The notes under the pieces are model-generated. The model was not told the origin of the DNA. It did not search any database and saw only the letters and a list, made by a program, of their open reading frames with translations. This document shows positions 43,940 through 58,399 of a stretch of DNA of 64,000 nt, piece after piece. A program made the translations under genes and the position numbers. The DNA lies in assembly GCA_964016885.1 (NCBI GenBank), contig OZ024741.1:311550001-311614000 (forward strand). The letters are read 5' to 3'. This DNA comes from Eledone cirrhosa (lineage: Eukaryota). Each line of letters begins with the position of its first letter. Positions within the stretch are counted from its first letter, which is position 1.

Positions 43940-44258
43940 TTGAAATTATCAGTATATGTTGCAGATATCTTTATGTACATACATGTATAAATGAAATAAC
44001 AATTATACAATTTTATAACATATCAATATTTTTGAGATTATGACAAACGAATGAAACTGAATACGACTATTGAATAATATATCGATATACTACATGACAC
44101 AGGAAGATTATATTTGAATATAATGTTCTGAAAACATATGGAAGTAACAATCAATATGAGTAGCAAAATTACATTCACAAATAGTAAAACTTTTACACTA
44201 CTTATCAGATTCTGCGTTATTTATCACCGATATTCTTACATTTAACGACAATAAATAC

Positions 44259-44382
<124 letters not shown>

Positions 44383-44537
44383 TTGTGTGTGTGGTTGTGT
44401 GTGTGGTTGTGTGTGTGTGTGTGTGTGTGTGTGTGGTTGTGTGTGTGGTTGTGTGTGTGTGTGTGTGCGTGTGTACGTGTGTGAGTGTTTACACATCTCA
44501 GAGGGGTTCGGCTGACAGCACTTTCTGACATGTAAAG

Positions 44538-46900
44538 CAACGTTTCCCAACGGTGGGCGATTGCAACTGTTGTAACCGAAAAGAAAATCGTAGGTAATTG
44601 GAAGGTTATGTGGACGATATGGGATTTGAGTATGATGGTGTTATAACATATGTTACCCGAGAAAGTTATTCAAAGGCGATATGCAAAGAACCCGATTAAA
44701 AAACCGGACGCTATATGACAAACAAATTCCTAGATTAGATGTGAACAATCCCGGAAACAAGGGACATTTTCGTATTTTCTATAGTTCTAAGAATGTTCAG
44801 TAACATTCAAATAGTTCTTTGGATGAAATATGTAACTTTTCTGATATAAATCAGGTAAGGGAAGACCAAGAATATCTTTTCAATTAAAATCATCAAATGA
44901 CTTCAGAAGAAAATTGCCAACGCTACCACTGGGATCGCACATAAAGATGACACATGCGATGACCAGTAAGAACTATGACGACAGGCTGTAGACAAGGAAA
45001 TGCAGACGACAATACCAGGCAAAATATAAGAATCCCAAGATGGTAACTATCCATAACTCAATCCGCATGATCAAATAAACAGACAGCCATTTAATGTTGT
45101 TGGATTGTATTGATCGGCAAATGATTGAAACGCTCTTGTCTTCTTGTATTTGTGGATTACTGGCAACGGACTTCCAGTAACAATATAAGATATTGAACGA
45201 ACATTCCCTTATCTATTATTTCTCCAATTGTTTCAGTCTATTGTACGATTTTTAAACAACTCGATGTCGCCATTTAACAAAATTTGTCGCTAATACAACA
45301 TTATTATTTTATGGGTTTATGACTTCACTCAGAGCATTCAATCAAACTTTAAGCAATGAAACCCTCAATATAAAGTATCATATATATTTTAATCATGCCA
45401 CCTAGATGCAACAACCTTTGTCATATTTCTGCTAACTTAAGGCCTCATTAGAAAAGCGTAAAATGTCGGAATTTCAGAAACTAACTACGCTGCGAATAAA
45501 GTGACGATTGCGTCGTACCACACAACTTTACTGGCCGCAAAGGTCGATACGTCCCACACTTTATGCACAACCTTACTTCTACCTATTATTGAAGAAGTTC
45601 TCTCGACCTTAATGCATAAAAAATCACAGGCATAAATTATTAAGATATTTTCATTTAGTTATAACAATTTCTCGTGGTAAAGGTGAATAACTATCAACGT
45701 CCAAAATACTCTAATCCATTATCTCCCGAGTTCTGAATTGTTCATGCAATTTATCGAACCAACAGTTGTAAGAAATCAATGCTTGATTATAGTGTGTGTT
45801 GTTTTTTTTAAATGAACATATTAAAACATTTGGGTAGTTGCTGTTTAGTGATCAATTGTTGATTAACCCAAAGGCACGTCTATTTTAGATTTATTAAAGC
45901 TATTTTGCAATGAGCCATAACATTCACTGAACAATATTGCTGACTGTGCAATTGATAGAGGGAGCGTATGTTTCAGTAGGTAAATATAGAAGTTTCTCTT
46001 CTCTCTTAAAACTTGTATTATCTCATCCTGTTTTAATAGTCAATTGTATGGTTCACAGGCAGTAATTAGAGGCAAAAATAACAACGGAATGCTTTGCTGA
46101 TGTCCTGCAGTTAGTTGTTAAAACTGTGAACAAGCTAAAATCGAATTCTTTGTCTGAACAAAATTTCCGTCCACTCAGAATTGAGAATGACGATGACTAT
46201 GTGAGGTTTTTGTACCATACTGAAGTATGATGGTTGTCAAAAAGCAACTGTGTTGTCAATTTTGTCGATCTTTTTGACATAATATTTTTTAATACACTCC
46301 ACTATACAGTACTCTGATTATTTCAAAATGTGATATTTCTCCTTAGTGATTTATTCGCAAAAGTAAATGACCTCAAGACGTTATTGCATGCAAAGTAAAA
46401 TACGCTTTTCAACTGTAAATCGCCTCAATGCTTTCATTTCTAAAATAACACTATATAAGATAAATGTTTCGGGGGGCATCAAGTCCATCAATTTCAACGA
46501 TTGAACAAATTGGAAGATTAATTGCTTTATTAGGACGTCATTACATATCACAATTATTTGCTACCATTGCATGATGACATGGTACACCCATTTCAGGATA
46601 TTATCGCATTGTCAGGTCCAGTTTTGGATAACAACCCGTTTGAAGTTAGAGTAATCGATTGCAAAGTACATGACGAATTGATTTACAAAATGACAATGAT
46701 GCCACAATGCGGTATCGGTTTTAAGGTAACCCCGTCTTGTGGTGTTACCAAAATATAGTGACATATTTTCAAAACCTAATAAAAGTCGATAAAATATAAT
46801 TTTAAAAGATCAAGTTTGCTTTCATTTGCTGTTGCCGAGAATAAGTAAGTGACATAGCCACTACTTTAAAACTCATAGCGAATGGCCTTCAAAATGTTTT
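44538..46900 (+). mobile_element. Highly decayed hAT (Buster/ZBED5-SCAND3-like) transposon
   Basis: TIR-like start CAACGTTTCCCAA. Remnant motifs TLSNE, NCMVHRQ (about 46042), LYHTEV*WLSKSNC (about 46210) and NPF. The 3' boundary is uncertain. Confidence 0.7.
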
Positions 46901-46958
46901 TAATTAAAGTTTCAGAGCACTGATACTAATTCCCTACATATATACACACACACACATA

Positions 46959-47005
<47 letters not shown>

Positions 47006-47369
47006 TACTTCTGCCAAAGAAATGGAGATATTATCCAAATAAACTGAATGTGGATGACGTTAGTAGAAAGAATCCCTTCAATAAATAATCTGGGAATAAA
47101 ATACTCATAGACCGAAACAGCCAAAAACTTTATGGTTTAAAATCAGATGCAGCCTTCAAGAAGTTGCACAGCAAGGAAATGTTCGTGCCGAATGTGCACA
47201 TAATAGTGCTCGGCAATGCTGTGACGACAGTCAACAAAAATAAAACTAATATGTGTGTCTATTTTAGCACAAAGCCAGAAATCTGAAGGGGAATGTGCAA
47301 GTGAATTAATTCGGCACCAGTGCGTTACTGGTGATTTATGCTATGGACACTGTAAAGATGAAAGTTAAA

Positions 47370-47770
47370 GCTAGCATCACCTCTCTCTACAGCATCATCC
47401 CTCACGTTGAAGACCACCGCACCCACCCACACCTTCTAGATTTACGTTCTGCCAACTCTTCTAGCACTTCGACGCATCCCCATGCTGAGCTCGTTCTCAA
47501 CCTCAACGGTTTTCCCCTTTCAGGAAAGAATTACCAACAAATTACTGGGATAACCTTGGTAAATTGAATGTGCCCGAAATACGCCGACTTGTTCGTCAGC
47601 TACATCGAAGGTCAAATTTTCTCCCAGTATACTGCACCTACACCTGATCTATACGGCCGTTACATCGAGTATTCTATCGGTGCCACTTCTTTCTCCCATG
47701 AACAGCTTGATCCTCTCTTTCTTTTGTCCAGTCTTTCCAACCCACCCTTACCTCCATTATGTCCTTAACT
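47370..47770 (+). mobile_element. Penelope-like RT fragment
   Basis: ITSLYSIIPH..ELVLNLNGF..YQQITG..MCPKYADLFV..LYGRYI. Confidence 0.7.
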
Positions 47771-47779
47771 AGGTTTAAC

Positions 47780-50570
47780 TAGGTATATCTAGCAAGGGCA
47801 GAGGGAGAAAAACAATTGCTCATATTCTTCGTCGCGAAGATCAGTTGAAGGAAGTGTATCGGATTGCAAGAGAGTGTGCTAGAGAAAATCGTGAAATGGT
47901 CGAAAAGGTAGTGAGAGACTACTGAACGAAGAGAATAAATGGGACAGTAAGGGCCTACCACATGTAGATCTTACTAAGGCATCAGCTAAGAAGTTGACAG
48001 CAGTGAGATAGATAAAACAATTAAGGACATGAAGGTAGAGAAAGCCACTGGACCATCTGGTATATTTGTTGAGAGGGTAAAAGCATCATGTATTGTAGGA
48101 TATGTGCTACTCGGACATATAGTTAATCAAGTAGTACAAGAAAGGTGTCATACACATTGACTGGAGCAGCAAAGTTATTGTCATCTTCTACAAGGACTAT
48201 GAAGATGCACTAGAGAAAATAAGTACGGAAGTATCTATTCTATGAAATTTATTGAAAATGTTATAGGATGATTAATTCGGGACATTATCAAAGTAGATAT
48301 GATGCAGTTTTGATTTATGCTAGGCAGGACTACCACTGGATAAATGATGCTAATTGGAAACCATTCAATGTGGGTGTCGGATTCTGCCAAGGCTGCGTCT
48401 TTCAGCTATCGTGTTCATTATTTACATGAAAATTATTGACATCTGCAGTCGGACTGGTAGTTGTATCACGACTCGCAAGTGTAAAATGAGTCGGCTAGAA
48501 TTTTCAGACGACACGATATTCCTTAACTCGGCAGAAGTTAATCACCGAAATGCACTCTGTAGGTTTGATGTCGAGTGCTGCATTGCTGGAGTGAAAATCA
48601 ATGCTGCGAAAACTGAGACACTTGTCGTCTCAAGGAATCTTTCGTCGTGTAATCTATATATGAATGGAGTTCCACTTAAACAGGTGGAGAAATCTCGGAA
48701 CGATGTTCACAAATGATGGAACGCATGAGGCTGAATTAAGTGCAAGAATTGCAGGAACTGGTACTGTAATGCACCAGCTTCAGCGGTCGGTAATCAGAAG
48801 AAGGGATGTAGGTGAAAAATCGAAACTAGTTATCTTCAATACGGAATTAGTGTCCACACTCATAATGGTCATGAATATTGTGTAATGACCAAACGAATAT
48901 GATCGTGAATACAAGCGTTAGAAATGGGGTTCCTCCAAAAATTATTTCGAATAACATTACTCAGTAGAGTGCGTAGCTTGGAGACCAGGTGTCCTTCCAG
49001 GAAGAATCGTTACTTCTCAGAATTAAAAAATTACAGATACAATACTATATGCATATGCTTAGAATGTCTCGGGAAAAATCGCTTGATAGATTTTACGGGC
49101 AAACGCAACCGATAGGAATCCCAGTTACAGACACCGAACAAGATGGTTGGATAACATCCATGAGCTCGTCTGATCTAGATTGGGGATCCAGCTGGATCAT
49201 TTGGAGTCGGTTGCTTCTGACAAACCCACCGGAAGGGATGGTTGAAGACTCTTCTCCCACCCACTAGCATCTTAGGAATATGAGGGCGAAGAAGAAGAAG
49301 AAGAAGAAGAAGAAGAAGAAGAAGAAGAAGAAGAAGAAGAAGAAGAAGAAGAAGAAGAAGAAGAAGAAGAAGAAGAAGATCATTAAATCCCCCTTTATAA
49401 TGCGACAACTGCTTGAGGGGTACGTACTTAGCAAAGTGTAAGCCACTGTATCTGGATTTTGTAGATAGGGAGAATGCCTTTGTCAGGGTCCTATTCTCTG
49501 TAGTATGGTGGACACTTAGGAAGCTAGATGTAGATGAATGTCTTGTGAGAGCAGTGTGAGCCATGTATAAAAATGCTAGAAGCCAGTAGAGTGAAGAAGT
49601 GCAGCTCGATGTGCACCAGGGCCCCGTCTTTAGTCCACTCCTATTTGTCACTGCTCTTCACTGTTCTTCCCTGAGTATTTCAAAACTGGTACACCGTGGG
49701 CGATACTATATGCTGATGATCTAGTACTTAAACTGAATCCGTAGGAGTGTAAGGGACAAAACTTGAAACATGCACGAACCTAGAGTTGAAATACGTAAAA
49801 CTAATCGCATCAAAGGCAAAAGGGCTAAGTACAAAAGAGGACAAGAAGTTGATACAATCCGGGAGATGGCTGTGTTCGATATGCCAGAAAAGGGTGGGCA
49901 GGAGTTCTATAAGGTGCACAGAGTGCAATCGATGGACTCACAAGAGATGCGGCTGATGCACAGAAGAAGGGACCCCTAAGAACTTACGTGAACAAGATTC
50001 ATTTAATTTCCAGGGATGCTCATTATCAACAGCTTTTGTTACTTAGGCGATCGAAATCCCAATTGTGGTCCATACACTGAAAGCCAGGATCAGAACAGGC
50101 TGGAAGAAGTTTAGAGAGCTGGTACCTCTGTGAACAAGAAACATTTTCTCCCTCGGAGTGAAGAGTAGACAGTAGGATGCCTGTAAAAAAGGGCAATGCT
50201 AAATGGCTGGGGAACGTGCGCCTTAACTACATAAGACCTCCGAGGGCTGGAGAGAATTGACGACAGTATGCTCCGATGAATGTGTAATGCTTAATGTGCA
50301 TGGACGACGTAGTAGAAATGAACTGAGAAGAAAACATTATATAAGAGGATTTGGATGTAATATGAAAATGAGAGAAGATTACTCTGGTATTGATATGTGA
50401 TGCGTATGGAATATATCAGCTGAACAAAGAAATCCAGAGAAATCGCAGTGGCTGGAACACGAGGAAAAGGCAGACCAAAAAAACTTGTGATGACAACATA
50501 TCGAATGGGCTGAGGCTATGCTGTGTTAATGAAGTCCCGACGAGGATCATAAGATATGACCAGACCCATC
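47780..50570 (+). mobile_element. Decayed RTE-clade LINE interrupted by a second LINE
   Basis: KATGPSG (about 48042), MQF*FMLGRTT (about 48300); resumes after 49380 with HQGPVFSPLLF (about 49613) and LYADDL (about 49706). Confidence 0.7.
48345..49378 (+). mobile_element. Nested 5'-truncated RTE-like LINE with (GAA)n tail
   Basis: QGCV..(shift)..IVFIIYM, FSDDT, KINAAKTE, LKQVEK, EMGFL; about 30 GAA repeats at 49289-49378. Confidence 0.7.
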
Positions 50571-51422
50571 CATGAACTACCCCCTCCTTACTACTATTAC
50601 TCCTCCCATCTGTACGCCCCAATGCGGCATCCACTTCACATACACCCTCGAGAACCACTCACCCATAAGACACCTTAGATATCCTCACCATTGGCCAATA
50701 GTAGCTGCTTTCTCTCCCCATTGTTCAAGCCACCCCTACTAGCAAATCTTATCCCTCACTATCCTTACCCATCTCTCTAACACAACCAATATCGCTATCG
50801 ACCACATCCATCACTACATCCCCCATCGTCGTACACTAATCACCTATCCCTAAATGTCACACATCCCTAACCCCATTTCCTATCTCTCCATCACACCCCA
50901 TATCACCACCATATTGACCACATCCCTCAGACACCTACACCCCATACACTAATCGGCAACTCCTACCCCTTACTCATTGGCCTGCCAAACAAATCCCCAC
51001 ACATACCTATAACTTCATACTTATCTCCCTCCCTTATTGTCCCTCCTCCAGACTTGATTTATGGTCAACCCATCCAGAGTGGTTGGTGAGTGGAATTTCA
51101 CCCGCTGTAGATCCCATACATAAAAGAATTGAGATAAACATTATATATATATATATATATATTCTCTTCATCTTAACATGCTAACCATACTCCCACACAC
51201 ATAACACCCATACACACACATAAAAACCCCCACACCTACAACACCCTCCCCATTTCTACTAATAGAACCACTTTCCTACACACATATATATATACACACA
51301 CACAAAAAATATATATTCTCTCTATCTAACATACTCGCACACACACACATAACACCCATACACACACACACACAACTCCCTCCCCCATCTCTACTAATAG
51401 AATCATCTTCCAATACACACAT

Positions 51423-51455
<33 letters not shown>

Positions 51456-52077
51456 AGCACACAAATAAACACATATCTTCAGTCTCAATAGAAAATCTGA
51501 ACTCTGACACCTGAACTCTGACAGCTGGCCATATTCACTGAACCAGAACATTTCTCCCAATCCCTTTTCCCTTGACCACTATCTCTCCATTGTCATAACA
51601 TTCACTATAAAGACTACAGAATAGTTTTCCAAATAAGGGCGCAAAAATGTAATGAAAACTTGTTCACGTGACAGCCAAATTTCATTTATAACCAACCAAA
51701 AAAAAGCCTTCGTGAGCCTCATTTTTTCAAGTAAAAAGAAATTCAAACACTCATATATGAAAAAACAACCTGTGACAACCCCCCCCCCCTCTCTTATTTG
51801 AAGAACTATTGTAACGCGAACTGGCGTGAAATTTATTATAATTATTGACAAACCAATCAAATTACTTCTCGAAAAACCTGGTTTTCGAGCCAGTTTTTCC
51901 ATATAAAACAAGTAACATTTAGAGACCAACCAGATGTGAGAAAAACCACAGACCCTCCATCTCAACTCACCTTTTGAAAAGCAGAAGAACTGCGAAACCG
52001 GTAAAGGAACCAAATAAATATATATATTTTAAAAAAAAAATAAGACTTCAGTTGCATTTTCGATTTCATCCCTTTTT

Positions 52078-52112
<35 letters not shown>

Positions 52113-52393
52113 GATTTAATGCTCTGAAATACCGATATATATGTGAAGACAAACATAGAATATTCGAAAATATTCTGTATGTTTATAATAAACATTTTGA
52201 AGACCTAATCGCTATAAAATAGAATAGAATACGTTCTATGTTTGTCTTCACATATATATCGCTATTTCAGAGCATTAAATCCAAATTCTAATTTCTGCCG
52301 GACCGGCAACCGCTCTTTCAAACCAGTTCCTGTACACAGCTAAGTATTCTATAAGTCTCTAGCTGTGTCTTTCTCGATAAAAGCATTGGATAT

Positions 52394-52436
52394 GTAATCC
52401 TGATGATTTCAAATAAGAATGAAACGCGTAGGTTAC
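52394..52436 (+). ncRNA. Minimal type I hammerhead ribozyme (CGCG family)
   Basis: GTAATC-CTGATGA-T-TTC[AAATAA]GAA-T-GAAA-CGCG-TA-GGTTAC; GUA site. Confidence 0.88.
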
Positions 52437-52705
52437 TTCCCTTGCTTTTGTCGAGAATCTCAAATTGTAATACGTGACGTATTCTATTCTATAGCGATTA
52501 GGTCTTCAAAATGTTTATTATAAACATACAGAATATTTTCGAATATTCTATGTTTGTCTTCACATATATATCGCTATTTCAGAGCATTAAATCCAAATTC
52601 TAATTTCTGCCGGACCGGCAACCGCTCTTTCAAACCAGTTCCTGTACACAGCTAAGTATTCTATAAGTCTCTAGCTGTGTCTTTCTCGATAAAAGCATTG
52701 GATAT

Positions 52706-52748
52706 GTAATCCTGATGATTTCAAATAAGAATGAAACGCGTAGGTTAC
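52706..52748 (+). ncRNA. Minimal type I hammerhead ribozyme (CGCG family), second copy
   Basis: Identical to 52394-52436. Confidence 0.88.
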
Positions 52749-52870
52749 TTCCCTTGCTTTTGTCGAGAATCTCAAATTGTAATACGTGACGTATTCTATT
52801 CTATAGCGATTAGGTCTTCAAAATGTTTATTATAAACATACAGAATATTTTCGAATATTCTATGTTTGTC

Positions 52871-52908
<38 letters not shown>

Positions 52909-53380
52909 AGAGTGTTGAAGTTTGGTTGAAGCATTGTGGAATAATAAAATATTTTTGGGGAGCCGGGTAATAGAATCCGGTGGTGAACAGAGAGATGTAA
53001 GGGAGTATAGAATGAGATGCATAGTGTGTAGAGATACGTAGGAAAATGCGTAAAAAATGAAAATAATAACACGAGATAGAGTTACCTTGGGAGAGATTTA
53101 ATTGTCCCTATATTTCGGATTCGCATACATCAACTGGGGAGTTTTCTGGGGGGAAAGTTATCTGTCGGAGAGGAACGGTACTTGGCATTTGTTGTCCGCT
53201 GTAACTCTATCTCGTGTTCATTTTATTTTTTATGCTCTTTCCTACGTTCCTCTGCAGACTATACATCTCATTCTACACTCCCTTTAATCTCTCTCTTCAC
53301 CAGCGGATTCTGTTACCCGGAGATTTAACCATCAGCTTTGTTAAGTCTTACAAAACAACCGAAATGTTTTATCTCCCTCT

Positions 53381-53478
<98 letters not shown>

Positions 53479-53957
53479 ATATATATAAATTTATTTTGAA
53501 AACAAATCGGTCGAGAGCTTAATTCGTTTTGTGCGGTTTCTGCAAATGTTTGCAATAACTACACATGCTGAATTCACTGGCGCACGAAGAACAAAAAGCT
53601 GTTGAGAAAGCGAGGCCTTGTTCGATCATTATACCAAGAGCTTATTTTTTATAAGCAGACAGTATTATTGATTTAGGTGTTGCAGAAACCCAATTTCGGA
53701 GTATTCCATCTTCCCCGAGGGTCCGGTTAACTATTTCAATCATATCTCATTTTGATTGACCCGTTTAGCTTATTCGCTTTTTTGGCTAAGATGGTTAATG
53801 GCTTCTTAACCATCGTGTCAGCGTGTATAACCATTTTAACTTATGTTTATAGCTCTGGTATCTTCCTCATATCCATGGAGCACTTGTTTGCACAATAAGG
53901 AAGTTGCGTTTCGCTAATTTTTACCCACTGAAATTTGATTCTCGCTCTATTTATATT

Positions 53958-54016
<59 letters not shown>

Positions 54017-54109
54017 GTTTACATATGCATAAAGTTATAGATATATATGCTGCAACCGGTCACTTTTAGGCTCTATGAAGAATTAATAAATTATATAATC
54101 AGAGCAATA

Positions 54110-54718
54110 TATCATAAATTATGTCCTTAGAATTATTATATAAAATATGTACCATTTCCTCTTCCAATTAGCATAATTAACCATATAAAAAATCAATTAG
54201 ACCAAGCTATAAGAAGAAAGGCTCTTATGAAGAAATCTCCGACAAATAACCGATAGTGGCCTCTTCGCGGTGGCCCCAATAGAGTATTTATCCAGCATTT
54301 CGACAGCATGTAGAAACTGACTAAATATATCATGAACCATACACAATTAGGTGTAAAATTAAACTTAGAAGAAATGTGTACATACCGTGATTATATCTCT
54401 ACCATGGTTTCATCCGTATTTTTAGACATCCAATTAATAGGAATGTCTTGAGTTACGATTCATCAGGAGACAAACTCAAAATCAGACATTTAGTTCTCCA
54501 ACTTGATCGCGCCAAAATTAGATTAAAAAATGGCTAAGAATCGCTATGTGGCTGTGGTCAAGCTAGGCCACTCTCGGTTATTTGTCGGAGATTTATTCAT
54601 AAGAGCCTTTCTTCTTATAGCTTTGTCTAATTGATTTTTTATATGGTTAATTATGCTAATTGGAAGAGGAAATGGTACATATTTTATCTAATAATTCTAA
54701 GGACATGATTTATGATAT
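54110..54718 (-). mobile_element. Non-coding HHR element bracketed by about 150-bp inverted repeats
   Basis: 54110-54262 is the inverse of 54566-54718; HHR in between; (TA)n flanks. Confidence 0.7.
54394..54472 (-). ncRNA. Type I hammerhead ribozyme (CCATGG family)
   Basis: TGTCTC-CTGATGA-ATCGTA..AGACAT..ATGTCT..TACGGAT-GAAA-CCATGG-TA-GAGATA; GUA site. Confidence 0.85.
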
Positions 54719-54739
54719 ATATATATATATATATATATA

Positions 54740-55568
54740 AATAATGTATAATAAACAATACAATATAATTACCTCATTACTAGAGGTTTCCCGAATAAGA
54801 CGAACACAAGAAACGTCCTCATTCGTTCGTCAGACAAGGTAATTTAAAGCATAGTGAAATATTTGAAAAATCTCCTCCAAAAAGGCAACAGTTTAACGTG
54901 CAAAAAAAATAAAATAATGAAATTAGTAAGGGGATGTGTATAAATGTGTGTATAAGCACCTATAAATGCACATATGTTGGTATGTACAAATGCATGTGTA
55001 TAGTGTAAAAATGGGTGCGTAAGTACACACTTGAGGGAAAGCATATCAGTGTATGTGTGACCACAAATACGTATATAATATATGTTGATAAAAGAAATTG
55101 TAAGATTATAGAGTTAGCGTACATACAGACTCAGGGACTAAGGATTGAAATATATACATATACAAGTAGGACACACACACACGCGCGTATAAACACACAC
55201 ACACGCGCACCCACACACATGTATGTGATATATACAGGGAAGGGAGTGTATCAGTCAAAGCAGTGTCAGGCTGAAGGTCGATATAGATATAAAAATATAA
55301 AATATGAAAATGAAAAAAATATGAGAATAAAAAAATTAAATCAAAGAGAAAGTAAGAGGGAGGGGTTATCAATTATAAAGTAACACTAGAAAATATAAAT
55401 AAAAAGTAGAAAAACCTATAGAGGTTCGTGCGCACACACATATATATATATATATATACGTACAGACAAAAGCACATGCATAAGTACATACATACAAAAG
55501 CGCGCATACATACACACAAAGCACATATATATACATACATGTACATCTAATCCCACGCACGCACGCGA

Positions 55569-55611
<43 letters not shown>

Positions 55612-56848
55612 CACAAACATATATAAGTATGTAAAAAACATAGATATAAAAACACATACACACACACATATACACATACGAATGCAGTCCCCTTATTAAA
55701 TCTTATATCCTCAATAAGAAAATATCCACAGTACATCAACATTGCTGCTGTAGAGTCAAAATTGAATGCCCATTACAAGGTTAATGCAACACCAAACCCA
55801 TTGTATATGCAGCTAAAATGACAACCACCAGCAACAACCTACCAACCACCAGCGAACGATAGGTGGGTATGCCACAAGACAAATTCAAAACGCGTTATTA
55901 CTCACATGTCACATCTTTCCGACATCCTGAAAAAAGATTTACAACAGCTTTGTCTAGCAGAATATGGGATATGAAAGACCAACGTATCCAATATAAATTA
56001 GATTGGTCAATTTTGAACAAACTAAAGAATAAGAAAGAGGAACAAGAAGATGCGCACTCTGCATAAGTGAACAATATTGGATTTTACAGAACCTTAAATC
56101 ACCAAAAACCTGCCTAAATGCAAAAGAGAAATGTTCACCAGTTGCTCACAAATAAAATCACACTTGCTTTCCAGCTCATATAAACTTAACTCACTTTCAG
56201 GTCCTTATCCTCCATAAACTCTTGTTCTTCACTTTCCTTAACTTACCTTCTTTACAGACTTCTCTTTCTGATTTACTTTTAATTTTATTTTTATTTTTAA
56301 CTTTATTTTTACTTCACATCCACTAGTCCCGCCCCCCCCCCCCCATACACCCTGTTTTTAATTCACTTACTTTATATCTTCACAATTTTACAGATTTTAC
56401 TTCCCCGTTTTCTTTCACTACCTGATATCTATTGTCACTTGTGTTTTCAACTCCAGATATATTAAGTTGGCCCTCAGCCGCTTTTATGTATGTTTACTTG
56501 CGTATAATTTGTACTCATTTATTCATACGGTTGGTTTTTATATTGTATGTATGCGTGTAAGTGTGCATATGTGTGTACGTGTTTGCATATGTATACGAAT
56601 GCATTCGTATATGCACGTGTATGTCTATATGTGTGTGTGTATGTTGTGTGTATGTGTGTTTTTATATCTATGTCTTTTTATATCTATGTTTTTTACATAC
56701 TTATATATGTGTGTGTGTGTATGAATATATATATATGGTCGCGTGCGTGCGTGTGATTAGATGTACATGTATGTGTATATATGTGTTTCGTGTGTATGTA
56801 TGCGCGCTTTTTTTATGTATGTACGCATGTATGTGCTTTTGTCTGTAC

Positions 56849-56895
<47 letters not shown>

Positions 56896-57620
56896 TACGA
56901 ACCTCTGTATGTTTTCTACTTTTTATTTATTTTTCTAGTGTCACTTATTGATTGATAACCCCTCCATCTTACTTTCTCTTTGATTTAATTTTTTTATACT
57001 CATATATTTTTTCATTTTCATATTTTATATTTTTATATCTGTATCGACCTTCAGCCTGACACTGCTTTGACTGATACACTCCCTTCCCTGTATATATCAC
57101 ATACATGTGTGTGGTTGCGCGCGTGTGTGTGCGTTTATACCCGTGCTTTCCTACTTGTATGTGTATATAATTCAATCCTTAGTCCCTGAATCTGTATGTA
57201 CGCTAACTCTATTATCTTACTATTTCTTTTTTCAACATATATTATATACGTATTTGTGGTCACACATACACTGATATGCTTGCCCTCAGGTTTGTACTTA
57301 CGCACCCATTTTTTCACTATACACATGCATGTGTACATAAACACATATATGTCATTTGTAGGTGCATATACACACATTTATACACATCCCCTTACTATAT
57401 TTGCTTATTTAATTTTTATATATCTATTGCATTACTTTTATTTATATATTTTTTTTGCCCGGTAAACTTTGGCCTTTCTTGATGAGATTTTTCAAATATT
57501 TCACTATGTTCTAAATTGCCTTGTCTGAGGAACGAATGGGGACGTTTCTTGTATTCGTCTTATTCAGGAAACCTCTGGGAATAAGGTAATTATATTGTGT
57601 TGGTTATTATACATTAAATT
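54740..57620 (+). mobile_element. 5'-truncated Penelope-like element with an about 0.95-kb inverted copy of its 3' end
   Basis: GIY-YIG remnant VGMPQDKFKTRYYSH..TALS.RIW..WSIL at 55860-56190; 54740-55690 is the inverse of about 56590-57615. Confidence 0.82.
54767..54844 (-). ncRNA. Type I hammerhead ribozyme (decayed + strand copy at 57514-57591)
   Basis: AATTACCTTGT-CTGACGA-A-CGAATGAGGACG..CGTCTTATTCG-G-GAAA-CCTCTAG-TA-ATGAGGTAATT; 11-bp helix I. The plus copy has GGA at the cleavage site. Confidence 0.8.
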
Positions 57621-57691
57621 TAGCTCTGTAACTTACATAGAGCACTCTTCACTCCTATGACTTTTTCAATTTTCAACGGAAAATTCAATAC

Positions 57692-57903
<212 letters not shown>

Positions 57904-58399
57904 ACATACATACATACCGATTACTACGGGTATTAACTCCACGTCAACTATTATTGTGGACCGCTACTTTATGTTGGAGGATCAGGTGACAACATGACAG
58001 TACTAATGAAAATGAGAATAATATTTGAGGACAGACAAGTAATTAAATTATTCAATAAGTGACTAAAATAATGAATGAGTTATTATCTTACCATATGCTA
58101 AAGTTGACTGCCATGTTAATAATATAATAAATCCAACAATAGAAGGGCGGGACATTACAAGCCGAGTTAAATTATAAATCGAAAGTGAGTATAAATCTCC
58201 GAACATTTTGTCTCAGTGGCGTTCCTTACGACGATGCTAACGGAATTATCGTTAGCGTTCAGTGTCACGAGACGACGTGTGCACCCTTTGTGATAAACTT
58301 CAGTAGAGTAGACTACTCATGTTCTATTTCACTGTATAACATGCTTGCGTTTTTTTTTTTACTTTACTATTATGTAAGACTAACCTTTTAGTAAAAGAT

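Larger units (their letters stand above)
52109..52874 (+). mobile_element. Retrozyme-like tandem array: about 2 copies of a 312-nt non-coding unit with HHR, plus a 5' inverted piece
   Basis: Units look identical by eye with a 312-nt period (CTGATGA at 52400 and 52712). 52109-52234 is an inverted partial unit; (TA)n on both flanks. Confidence 0.85.

Noticed and set aside
52235-52874. Possible CRISPR-like array
   Set aside because: Whole 312-nt units repeat with no unique spacers; eukaryotic context.
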